Shown: piece by piece, positions 1 through 11,301 of the stretch | Position numbering within the stretch: position 1 is the stretch's first letter | Layout: each line of letters starts with the position of its first letter | Assembly: GCF_006345805.1 (NCBI RefSeq) | Contig: NW_021832226.1 | Span: 124,001 to 188,000, forward strand | From: Octopus sinensis | Lineage: Eukaryota | DNA: 64,000 bases | Reading direction: 5' to 3' | Program-made: the position numbers and the translations under genes | Notes under the pieces: generated by a model | The model's input: the letters and a program-made list of their open reading frames with translations, nothing else | Told to the model about the DNA's origin: nothing | Database searches by the model: none

Positions 1-291
1 TTATATGACGATAATTAAAGATTAATTTGGTAAATCGAATATAGAATATAACTTGCATTGTATTTTATTTTGCTATTTAAATTTTTTTAATTTTGACTAT
101 CCCTATCAATTTTTAATTAGAATAAAAAAGAGATGTTTCTTGAGCGTTAATTTATTGGGGTTATTTTTATACCACTGTTGGTTTTATATAATCAAACATT
201 CCAATCTTTATCGAACCACAAAATCGAAATTAAACGCCCAAATTGATAAAATATAATTTTAATTGCGTTGTTGAGTTGCACTTTATTAAAT

Positions 292-1664
292 ATGAAAAAA
301 GAAACAATTTATGACATCCAGAATACAAATTTAGCTTTATTCGGATCTGACGTTGAATATGAAATTAAAAGTATAACTTAAAATTATTTAACAGAAACTT
401 CGGCAACAAAAGAACCATCTTGGAAAGACAGTGAGAAGGAGGGATTAAAAATATGGAGAATTGTGGTTAGTTTTATATCCAATTTTTGTAGAATTTTCAA
501 GTGACAGCCTGGGATCCAAATTTATACGGGAAATTTTATGATGGAGATTCATATATTGTTCTAAATGTAAAAACAATCCTTTTGATTTTCTCAGGTATAC
601 AAACCGATGAAAAACAGTGATAAATTGGCTTATGATGCTCATTTCTGGATTGGATCTGCTAGCACAGCTGTTAGATTAAATCTTAATTTGTATCAATATA
701 GGATGAATACGGGACAGCTGCTTATAAGACAGTAGAATTAGACACTTATCTTGACGATAAAGCAATCCAATATCGGGAAATTCAGGGGCACGAATCTAAT
801 CTTTTTTTGAGCTATTTTGATCAAATTATGTTTATTATGATATTATATTTGAAGAATTCTTTCAGGTGGAGCTGATTCTGGATTTAATCAAGTTAAGCCA
901 GAAAAATATTGTTCTCGATTATTACATTTCCATGGCCTTAAACGTAATATCAGAGTGACGGAAGTTGAATTTTCATTTAATCTTAAGGTTCTACCCAGTA
1001 AGCACAGTTTGGATATCACGGACGCATTTATTCTCGACGAAGGAATGCTTATTTCAATATGGTATGGAAGAGAATGTAATACCGGAGAAAGAGTAAAGGT
1101 TTATTCGTTTCGATCTTATCTTTCAGGCAATGGTATTTGCCAATAAATTAGCGCAAGAAAGACACAACGTTAAAGTCGTAGTTTTCGAAAGTGGTGATGA
1201 TGTTATTTTTTGCTAATATAAAACGCAGAGGGAATTTATTCGAAAACTCTCCGACGATGTGATATCTGCAAAACAACAACATTTGCATTTGAAGGACGAA
1301 ATCTATAAGTTTCATTGACAAAACATAACGAATTTTAAATAGAGTCAGCAATGAGTCAGGACGCATAGAATATACGAATTTGAATATTGAACGGTTATCT
1401 CGTGATTATCTTGACACGAATGTTTATTAACTGTCAAATAATATTTAAGGATGTGTTTATAATCAATCATTCTAGTGGAGTTTACGTTTGGATCGGTAAA
1501 GGAGCGAATCAATGCGAAAAGAGAAATGGGATCTCATATGCTCAGGTTTCAAAAAAATTATTTTGTAGAAATATATTCACGGAATACCAGACAAACTAAA
1601 GCCAATTACAATTGTTAAAGAAGGACTAGAAAATCCCATATTTGATGAGCTATTCCAACAATAA
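292..1664 (+). CDS. Gelsolin/severin-like actin-binding protein (3 gelsolin domains, 11 micro-introns)
   Basis: Manual splicing at GT-AG introns of 23-34 nt gives an open frame: [20 protein letters not shown]...GLKIWRIV...[10 protein letters not shown]...[24 protein letters not shown]...REIQGHES...DVFII...VYVWIGKGA, ending at TAA 1662-1664. These are hallmark gelsolin/severin motifs. Confidence 0.92.
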
Positions 1665-2336
1665 TAAAATTCTAAATTACATCTACTAATCCACTGATTC
1701 TCTAATCTACTAATCATATTAATTTTCTTCGATGTAACTTAGATTCACTTTTTTTTATAAAAAAACAAAATTAAAAAGTCCAGATAAAATTGATTTTTAA
1801 TTATTGCGTCTGCTTTCAGTCGATTCTCCTTCTCTTCGAGCCCAAGCTAATGTCTTCGACGGTACAATTATCCATTTTACAGGGCAGGCCACTTTTGGAG
1901 TTGTTCTCGAGTCCGATTCTAAAGTCTCACTCTGGATGCTTCTGCCGTCGAAAATTTACGAAATTATACCACTAGTATATTCTTATCTAATAATTTATTA
2001 ACCAAAACATATCAAAATATCAAAAGATAAAAGCCCAGTATTTTATCCAATAATACCTTTCGAGTAAAAATCAGTCATGTTTAAAATCCTTAAAAATTCT
2101 GTATCATTTTAGTTACAAAGCTTGAATTTTTTGTTAAATATGGTTTGGTTAACTAGATTAAATATCCAAAGAATTAAAGTACTTTTTAGAATAATTTCTA
2201 ACCAGCAAACCATATAAAGGTACTAAGTGCTATTAGTAGAAATCAATATAAGTTGTAAAAATAAAAATCAAATTCGTTTTTTGAATTGCTTGTTTCTTTT
2301 AAATAATAAAAAACAAAAATATTAATAACAACCATG

Positions 2337-3060
2337 TTAGTCAGAATTTAAAAATTCATATTTTTTACGATCTTTAATGCGATTTCTCCGTTCTTTCCGC
2401 TGAAGATATTTGGACAAAGTATTTTTCGATTTACTAACAGATTTCATTTTTTCTTGTTTAACAAGTTCACTTTTTTCTTTTTTAGTAATAAAACGAGGTT
2501 TCAATCCCTTTTCATACATTTCAATCTGCATCTTCCTCAGATCAGAGTTAACTTTTTTTTCATAAGACAAATTCTTGTCCGTCGCTTTCTGCTGCTTTCT
2601 CCGTGAAAATATTTCGAGTATTCCTTCACGTTCTTCTTGAGATATTTCCTGATCTTTAAGTCGATTTTTTAATATTTTAGATTCTTCCTTCATCAAATCT
2701 CCCACAAATTTATAAGCATTTGCTGTAAGGGCTGGTCCATATTGTGTGGAATTTTCGTGGAATCGAGGATCTATTCCGCCTTTGTGTTCAACGTTGTAAT
2801 CAGGCACTCGTTTTTTAGGTTTTTTACTAGACATTTCAAGTGGACCTTCATTTTTAGAATTTCCGAGGTTTTTTATTGGTTTCTTACAGCCAAGCATTTC
2901 GTTGAATCTTTAAATTTAAAAATATTCGAATTTACTTTTCTTTTCCGATTAGTTCTTGAATACCATTGATATCTTCAAATGAAACAGTAGAAAATTCTAG
3001 AATAAAGAATATTTTTAAAAATAAACTTGAATTTTCTTCCCATAATACATTATTGTTCAT
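2337..3060 (-). CDS. RRP36: rRNA biogenesis protein RRP36 homolog
   Basis: ORF 2337-2897 extends upstream through two micro-introns to ATG 3060 (MNNNVLWEENSKFSTVSFEDINGIQELIGKEKFNEML). It contains GPLEMSSKKP and IDPRF motifs and a basic C-terminus typical of RRP36/DUF947. Confidence 0.8.
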
Positions 3061-3265
3061 ATTAACTTAATACAAATGAAAACAAAGAATAAGAGCAAGC
3101 AGCACACGTAAAGTAATTTATATTATATTAGTAAACGCGTATTTGTAAAATTATAATTAAATTATAAAAATAATTAACAATATTAATTCCATGTGGACAA
3201 GTTTTTAAAGTTTCTGTAGTCTTGATTGCATACAATGCAACTAACGGATAACATCAAATAGTATA

Positions 3266-3907
3266 CAGTGGGTCAAATTAGTCTTGAGACACTTGTTTTT
3301 TAATAAAATTTTATTTTCTATAGCATAACTGTTTTTATTTAAGTTTTTCTTTAAAAATAATCCAAAATCGATTTATATAAAGAAAACTTTGACATTTTAA
3401 ACAAACAGTGATAAAATCAAGTTCTAATTGGTCTTGGGACAAATTCCTGAATATTTTGTATAGTATCCTTTATTCTCCAAAACTGCATTTAAACGATTTC
3501 TGTATTTGCTCACAAGCTTTTTACAAGTTTCTACTGGAATTTTATTATATTCTTCTAAACAAAATGATTCTAATTCCGTGATATTTTTTGGATTATGTGC
3601 GCATACTTTGGCTTTTAATTCTTTCCAAAGATTTTCAATTGGATTTAGATCTGGGGACTTTCTTGGCCATTCGAGGGTATTAATTATATGTTCTTCTAGC
3701 CATTTTTGAGTATTTTTGCAGCATGTTTCGGATTATTATCCTGCTGAAATGTCCAATTTCTCACAATACCACATTTATCAATTGATGAAAAAATATTGCT
3801 TTCTAAATTATCACAGTGTACAGAAGCATTCAATATTCCGTCTATTACATAAAAATAAAATTTTATAAAAAAATAAACAAGTGTCTAAAGACTAATTTGA
3901 TCCACTG
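3266..3907 (-). mobile_element. Internally deleted Tc1/mariner element (642 bp)
   Basis: TA-flanked imperfect ~55-bp TIRs (CAGTGG[G/A]TCAAATTAGTCTT.AGACACTTG). The minus strand carries the transposase C-terminus (FQQDNNPKH; WPRKSPDLNPIENLW). Confidence 0.9.
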
Positions 3908-4329
3908 TAAATCATACTATTAACTAGTATTACCAAAAAAAATCATACTAATTGAACGGTCACACTAGTTAGTCGTACAATCATACAAAAACATAAACGA
4001 TTGATAAAATAAATTTATTCTCTCAACATAACTAACATAACATGACATGCTTCCATGTACACCATGCTTAGAAATGTGCCAATCTTCAGTCAAGTTTGAG
4101 AACTATGATGAATTAATAAAATTTAAAATTGTAGCATTGCTTAAAGTATTTCAAGAAGATTTAGCACACCCTTTTACTACAGGAACACTGGGTAGTTTTT
4201 GATTTCCATTTTTACTATATTTAATTTCTGAGGCGTTTTTCCATTCATTAATAAGAAAAATTATTGGTTCGAATTTACGAAAATAAAAATATTTGCTTAA
4301 ACTAAATGAATATATTTGTTTAAAAATAA

Positions 4330-4918
4330 ATGTATTTTGTTTTGAGGAATGGAATAAAATTTCCAAAGAAGAATACTTTAAATTAATAGAAAAAAGAATT
4401 AAAGGCCACGTTGGTCACTTGATAGCCAACGCCCCGGTCCAGCTTCTCTTGAAGACCTCATCAAGCTGAACCTGGGCCCGTCAGCGACTGCTCCGCCAAA
4501 AACGGCCTGCCGCCCTGTGCGATCTTGTGTGGGCTCGTGGGAAGACCACCGAGCGAGGATGAGGTCCCTGGTTGAGTGCATCGGGATCACGTGACATTTG
4601 TTCGGTTTTTAGCGTGGTCTTGGTGATTTAATAAATAAATAAATAAAATTAAAGGCAGTAATTGTTGTGAAAGGTCATGCAACAAAATATTAATGACGTA
4701 CCATGCAACACTTTTTCCCATTAAATAGCACCAATAAATTAAAAAATGGTCATTTCTTAATTAATTGTTAACATTTTAGAGATTCAAGATTATTTTCTAT
4801 ATCCTGAAACTTTCTAATTCTGTACAAAATGATTAAAGGTAGCTATTTTATATTTTATAGATAAACATATAGAATATTAAAATTTATTAGATGGTGCCAT
4901 GACTTTTTGACCCCACTG
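4330..4918 (+). mobile_element. Tc1 3' fragment interrupted by a LINE tip
   Basis: Reads CFEEWNKISKEE..[insert]..LKAVIVVKGHATKY*. The right TIR end GACTTTTTGACCCCACTG is followed by TA at 4919-4920. Confidence 0.7.
4407..4646 (+). mobile_element. 5'-truncated LINE (GIT-stop family, subfamily A)
   Basis: 10-bp TSD AATTAAAGGC at 4397-4406 and 4647-4656, and a (TAAA)n tail. It encodes ...RPVRSCVGSWEDHRARMRSLVECIGIT*. Confidence 0.88.
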
Positions 4919-5706
4919 TATAAAAGCTGGACGAATGAAAGCAAATGAAAATATGATAACTAGACGTCATAATGGTTTTTAAGTGGTTTAACATGAAGCT
5001 CTATATAATTGTACTTATTAGTTAATAAATAAATTATTAGTTATTAGTATCGCTTGTTTGTGCATTCTAGACATTATATAAAATTTATTTTTGTCGATTG
5101 TGTCAGAAAAGCAAAATATACAAATATTATGACGTAAAAAAGCGGTTTAATTAGTTTGGTGATTAAACTCAATTAATTTAGCAGCGTTTCTAATCCAAAC
5201 CGAAGGAATTTAATCCTGAAAGGATTTTTATCTTAATTAGTTTTCCGAGTACTTTATAAAATAAAGGCGATATTTTTATTTTTCGCATTATCATAGAAAC
5301 ATAATGTAATGCAAAGAAAAGCCACACGAGACCACTATTTGGATCATATTTTTCCAGCATGCGTTGTTGCGTGTTATACTTCTGAGAGTTTTAGGATCGT
5401 CTTCAGTTTCCAATCCATCTTCGAATGCGTTAAAGGTTTTTTGAGATAACAATAGGTGATATACAGTTAAATAAAGTTGTAAAAAGGATATTTGATATAA
5501 AATAAACTAATAGTATAATTTTTTAGCAATGAAAGCCAGTAAAAATAGTTATTTGTTTGTAAAATAAATATTGATATAATGAAATCAGTCGTTTCCATGG
5601 ATTTCACGATATAAAGATAATTAACTTGCTAGCATAATTATTGTAAAATCGTTTCTAAGATTAAATTATTCGAAACTGCAAGCATATCTAAATTATTAAC
5701 TCAAAG

Positions 5707-6900
5707 ATGGGGAATCACAAAGAAGAAATATTTGGTTTATATCCCGCAGCCATAAATACTTTTGAAAATTCAAAAATTAAGCAAAACGGTCTATAAATAA
5801 AATATAATTTTAGAAATTGCATACATGTTGTCATATTACACAGAATATATTGAAAATTCTAAAACTGAAACAAGGCCAAAAAGTTCTACTTGCACAAAAA
5901 GTGAAATTTGGAGACCAAAATCTTCAAGACAAGAAAACAACCAAAGTCCAGAACTGTTTCATGAAAATATTTCTGCTGAGTTTTCTGAAAATAAATCCGA
6001 CTCTCTCAAAGAAATGACAAGTGACAATTCAGATTTGGAAACAATATGCACTGAAGAGTCGTCATGGAAACAAAAAAGTAGTCAAACCACATATATTCAA
6101 AATGAAAATCCTACTAAATCTTTTCAATCTACAGATAATATCATCGAATTAAATGAAGATAACAATAATATAAAGAAATCAAACGTAAATTCTCCATGTA
6201 GTTATAAAGTGGAACAAACATTAAATATCAGTGAAACCAATTCCGAAAGAAAATGTGATATAAATTCACGACAAAATCGATTAGAATCAGCAAAAATATA
6301 TTCATCGAGACAAATTCCTAACAATAAATTAATACAACGATGCTCCACTTCGATAAGAAATTCTGATTCAAATTCGTATAACAATCACAAACAAAGATTG
6401 TTAACGGTTTTTAATATAGGAGAGAAAAACGAACGCAATTTTCGAGAAGAAATTAATGATTGTGACGAATTTCAAAAAAAATATGACAATAATCTAAATA
6501 AATTTGGATGGAAAGCACAAATCCCAGGAGATCCATTATTCATAAAGTTATATTTTTTCAAAAAATTATTTACAGAAAAACCTTAACGAGGAGACCCTAC
6601 AATGTTAGAATTAACAACTACAAATGGGACAAAAAATACATATCAGAAAATCCCGTGAAAAGACACGATTTGTCAGTTCACTTCCATAGTGTTTCTAATA
6701 ACAGAAAAGATTTTTATGATATCACTCCTGACTTTGTGTCGGAAAATTTTATTGTTAAAAAGATTCAAATGGATCGAGTCAAAAATCAAAATTATCGTTA
6801 CTTTTCATTTCTTTACTAACAAACGATTATTATTTTCTTATGTCTTGTTTTTGAAGAAATTCCTTTCTGACGTAAATTTAATGAATGGAATTTCTCTGAA
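5707..6900 (+). CDS. Hypothetical Ser/Asn/Glu-rich protein, multi-exon
   Basis: ATG 5707 splices through a 25-nt intron into ORF 5825-6586, then through a 29-nt intron into the 6508-6819 frame. No recognisable domain; the 3' end is uncertain. Confidence 0.55.
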
Positions 6901-7090
6901 TTAAACCATTTAGATCATCGTTGTATTTTTTCATATATTTTCGAATCTATTTTCAGGTTTTGAATTATTTTTTAAAGAAATTGTTATTCATTCTAAATAA
7001 AATAATTTAGATAAAATTCCTTTTTACGTTTTTTAAATATTTTAGAGAAATTCAATTTGCTAATATTTTATTGGATTATTAAATTAAAAG

Positions 7091-7448
7091 CTCCATCTCC
7101 AGTACTTCAAACCTTCTATCGCCTACGCTTGCGGATCATGGGGTCCGCGGTTATCGTGGTCCAACAGGAGGCGAATCGAGGAGGCCCAACAAAGGGCCCT
7201 CAGATTAACCGATCGTTGGTTGCATGATAGCGAACGCCCCGGTCCAGCTTCTCTGGAAGACCTTATCAAGCTGAATCTCGGTCCGTCAGCAAATGCCCCG
7301 TCAAAACGGTCTGCCGCCCGGTGCGATTTTGTGTGAGCTCGTGGAAAGATCACCGAGCGAAGATGAGATCCCTGGTTGAGTGTATCGGGATCACGTGACT
7401 TTTGTTTGGCTTTTATCGTGGTCTTGGCGATTAAATAAATAAAATAAA
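7091..7448 (+). mobile_element. 5'-truncated LINE (GIT-stop family, subfamily A)
   Basis: RT thumb motif LQYFKPSIAYACGSWG...IEEAQQRALRL. The 3' part closely matches 4407-4646 and ends in a TAAA tail. Confidence 0.85.
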
Positions 7449-7519
7449 TTTTCTCTGCAATATGTATGGCTTGAGACGGTTTAGATAATTGCGAACCCAT
7501 CGAGTTCAATCGGTGTGTG

Positions 7520-7960
7520 GGAACTCAATGGTTTGCATTAAAGTGGATATCACAACAAACCCAATATTGTGGTCCACGATAAGGTCACTTGGGAGATCGC
7601 TGTCATGAAAATAGGCATCAAGTGCTTAGATCGTTTGCAGACAGTGAAAATGGAAAAAAGGAGGAAGTATGATTTTTTTGCAAACGAGCTAAGCTTGATG
7701 CACCAGTGAAAAGTCTATGTGTAATGACATGGGATGAATTGGTCACTAAATACTACAAGGGGTACTTAAGACAGTTGAGTTTAGATAAGTCTCTACAGGC
7801 TTATATGCATTCACATGTTCTTGAGTGGACTCTGGAGATTATCTTGTTTGATGCTTGCCAATCCAGTCCTTTCCTGACAGTTAGTCAGCGAGAACCGCTG
7901 GACTGCACTTTTTTGGAAATCTACAGTGCCAGAGAAGAAAAAGAAGAAAAGAAGGAGGCG
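7520..7960 (+). mobile_element. R2/NeSL-group (RLE) non-LTR 3' fragment
   Basis: NKPNIVVHDK...EIAVMKIGI...RKYDFFANEL...MTWDELVTKY: degenerate restriction-like endonuclease C-terminus, same family as the copies at 10.4, 16.0 and 50.1 kb. Confidence 0.7.
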
Positions 7961-9505
7961 TGAAGTGCTATCCCCTGTTCACTTTGAAGGTTCTGGACTT
8001 AGTAATTAGTTAATTAGTTTCTTTTTATTAATAAAAGTTAAATTAAAATACATGGAACTAATAAATTATGAACTATTAAACTAATAATTTTAACTATTCA
8101 ATTTTTTTAAAAACTTCTTTTTCAAAATATAAGCATTTTGTTCACCCGCATAAAACTTACCATGAAGACAAGAGTTTGTCTTTCCAATGCCCTTAAAACT
8201 CACACTCCTTTACAACTCTGAAACCCGGGCTTGTACAAGACAGGAATCAAAAAAGATAAACTCTCTTCACGGAGATCAAATAAGACTAATCCGGTCTTCG
8301 CAAAATCAATCTATAATGTCGTACGGAATCCTTTATATCAAGAACAGGAATATGCCAATTTCGTGGAAAATTCTGTTTAATCAAATCTTCTTAATAGATA
8401 TAAATGAACCCGCCACTCGGGCATTGTGGACCATTTTGTTTTGGACGCAGCACGCTTCACTAGCCGACCAAAGACAAAATTGTCGGTTGTCTGTGATACA
8501 AATCCCAGAAGGATTGGAAAGCGCCTTAAAGTTGGCAAAGATCTTGGCATGTTACGTGACGCGCTGAATAATGGAAGCTGTTTGAAAAAGGACTTATTTT
8601 GTTGCGAATGCTTTGTGACGACCGATGAAATTGCGCTAGTGCAGATAGTAATATCAAAAAGAGGCAATAATAATACTCTTATTATTTTTCCTATGGAATT
8701 ATTAATTTATTTTTATAAGTATTTTAAAATTAATTTTGTTTATTTCGATTTATTTTAATCACGAGATTTTCGATTTCTGAATTTAAGTTTTTAAAATTCT
8801 AAATAACAGTGTAAGAGATAATTACAGTAAAACTGATTTCTTCATTTTCAATTTCATTTTTTATCATTTTACAATATTTTTTATAATCTTTTAGCATCAT
8901 TTTAAACATATATTCTAACTTAATCGTTAATAATTGTTCATCAATATAACGATTTCTCCACAGTGTCGTATCTAAGTTTAATATATACTGAATTAATTAA
9001 TACAATTTAGATTATATATCTTTTTGTTTTTTAAAATATGTTTTTCTTTTTCTAACAATTTTTGAGTAACTCGAGAATCCTCGAAAACTTAAGCATTTTT
9101 AAAGTAATAAATATTTTATTAAGTAGTAAAATTACAGTTTAATTTATCGTCTTCATTTATATTTATTTTAACACCAAGAGTATCTTCATGCATTTTTGAT
9201 AAATTTCGTTTAAATTATATTATGTAGTCAAAAAATTCATTCGTCATTATTAAACCACAAATTATACAAAAATATTATTTTATAATTTGAAAGTAATCAA
9301 CCATATTATTTAATCAGTAAAATAAATTTAACATTCAAATTGGTATTTCGTCAATTATTAAGTACACTTAGATTTTTTGATTTGAAACACAACTTGGGGG
9401 ATGGAACAACCTAATTTTGATAATTGAAAAAATTTATGATTTAGCATGTTTAAATGTTTCAAGTTTTGCCGCAATGCTCTAAAAAAGAATAACAATAATT
9501 TAAGT

Positions 9506-10320
9506 CAGGGTTTCTCAAACTTTTTCTTTCGCGACACCCATAAAAATGTTAACCTTATCATCGACATCATTAAATAATACTTTAAATAAATATTTTTTTA
9601 AACTTTATAACAACAAATATCAACAAAAAGAACTCTTTTTAAAAAATTAGTGAGAATAATCTAATTGTTTTTTTACTTTTACAAAGCCGTTTAATATCAG
9701 CAGTTTAAACTTGAGTTGGACTCTCATGTCAACCGACGCATCTAATCGATTCTTGTATTTTGTTTTGGTCGCAGTGTATAATGAAAATGCAGATTCACAT
9801 AAATATGTCGTCGAAAATAGTAAGAGCGCATGGACACCTTGTTTTGACAATGAAGGATACTGATTTTGTATTTTACTCGAAAAACTGAATAATAATTGAG
9901 TTTTAAATCTAAAAATTATTTAATTTTTATTAACAATTCTTTCAATTTGTGATCTGTTGATATTTCAAAAATTTGTTGATATTCAGCGAAGAAATATTTT
10001 CTGGTTTATTGACTACTATGAAAGGATTCTTAGTCCAAAAATTGTTCACTTTTTTGTCAGGAAAATATCTTTTTTGATTCACTTTTAATTGTTCCAAATG
10101 ATCTACTAGTTCACCAACAAATTCCTCGTTCAATGTTGTATTGAGGGTGGTAAGAATTCAAGTGACGTAAAAGTTTAGAAGAAACAAGAGAAACGTTTGC
10201 ACAATATTTTGTGACAAAACATACATTTGGCTTTCGATAAAGGCTGTTCACAATACTCTGAAAATCCATATAACAGATATTCGTTCAGTTATCTTTGTTT
10301 CTTTATCCTTAATTGTAATT
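9506..10320 (-). mobile_element. hAT (Buster/Charlie-like) remnant, one end only
   Basis: Terminus CAGGGTTTCTCAAAC at 9506. Minus-strand hATC motif LLFSTTYLCESAFS...KTKYKNRL and an N-terminal YLLYGF..KCMFC fragment. The other TIR was not found. Confidence 0.75.
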
Positions 10321-10390
10321 TTCCAACGCATATCAATAGCCATCCTGCGTGGAAATTGCCATTCCATCTTATCCTCTGCTGCTAATTAAA
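10320..10390 (+). mobile_element. CRE-like non-LTR extreme 3' tip
   Basis: Translates FQRISIAILRGNCHSILSSAAN*, the terminal motif shared with the CRE-like copies at 42.3 and 57.8 kb. Confidence 0.6.
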
Positions 10391-10392
10391 TA

Positions 10393-11170
10393 CTATGTTA
10401 ATTTTAGCAAAAAAATTGTAATTTTTTTATACTTTCGAATGATCGTCTCTAAAGTTATTTCGATTGAACTTTTTATTAAACAAAGTATTCTTGATTCAGA
10501 AGAATCCTTCGGTTGACACTCAATCACTGCTTGCTTCTCTTCGGGAACCGATATTTCATGTCTTGTCTCCACCTGCATAGTCTCCAATGTTTTTCTTAAA
10601 ACAAATGTTTGGATATATGCCTTCATTCTGTCTTCCACTGCGATAGAATCCAGATGACTTTTGATGAATCTTGAGACAATTTCATCCCAAGTAAGTACAA
10701 CAGGGATTATCTTCACTTTAGCCGATGAATCGCCCCTAATTCATTTGCCAAAAGGTCATATTTGTGAAACTTTTCCACTTCAACATGCTTTAGGCAATTT
10801 TGTGAGGTAATCCCAACTTCAATAAGTGTAATTGTATTCCTCATTTTGTCATGGACAAAAATATCTGGTTTATTGTTTGAAACAGCCGTATCCGTAGAAA
10901 TAGTTGTGTCCATTCGAATTTCCACAACTTCATTCGTGACAACAGATTGAACTGAGTGAATTTCGATTGAATATAATAAATCTACAAAAAGAATTTTTCG
11001 TGAATTTGCCGCTGCACCCACTTTGGGAAAGGCTGATTTACGTTTTCCAAACAAAAAAGTAGTTGGAAGAAGCATTGTGTACTTGATGCTAGTGACAAGT
11101 TTATTAAACTTGATTGACTATTTTATGTTCGACTGTCGCTGCTGACGAAAACAGAAGCATGTTGGAGAAT
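10393..11170 (-). mobile_element. R2/NeSL-group (RLE) non-LTR 3' fragment
   Basis: NNKPDIFVHDK..ITLIEVGITSQ..VEVEKFHKYDLLANEL / KIIPVVLTWD: PD-(D/E)xK endonuclease region, with frameshifts. Confidence 0.85.
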
Positions 11171-11301
11171 ATTACTTTATAAAATAAATTTCTATAAATT
11201 GATCTGAATCATTATTAGTTAAAAACCTATCTTATTTTGAAATAGTATAAATAAATCAAATCCAGTTCCGTTTTAATTATCTTGCGAATTAACTTTACCA
11301 A

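Noticed and set aside
4262-4280. GGTTCGAAT as a tRNA T-loop
   Set aside because: No cloverleaf stems or A-box in the flanking sequence.
7123-7509. Paired ORFs 7123-7509 and 4399-4590 (minus) as a duplicated gene family
   Set aside because: Both are antisense readings of the plus-strand LINE subfamily A 3' ends.
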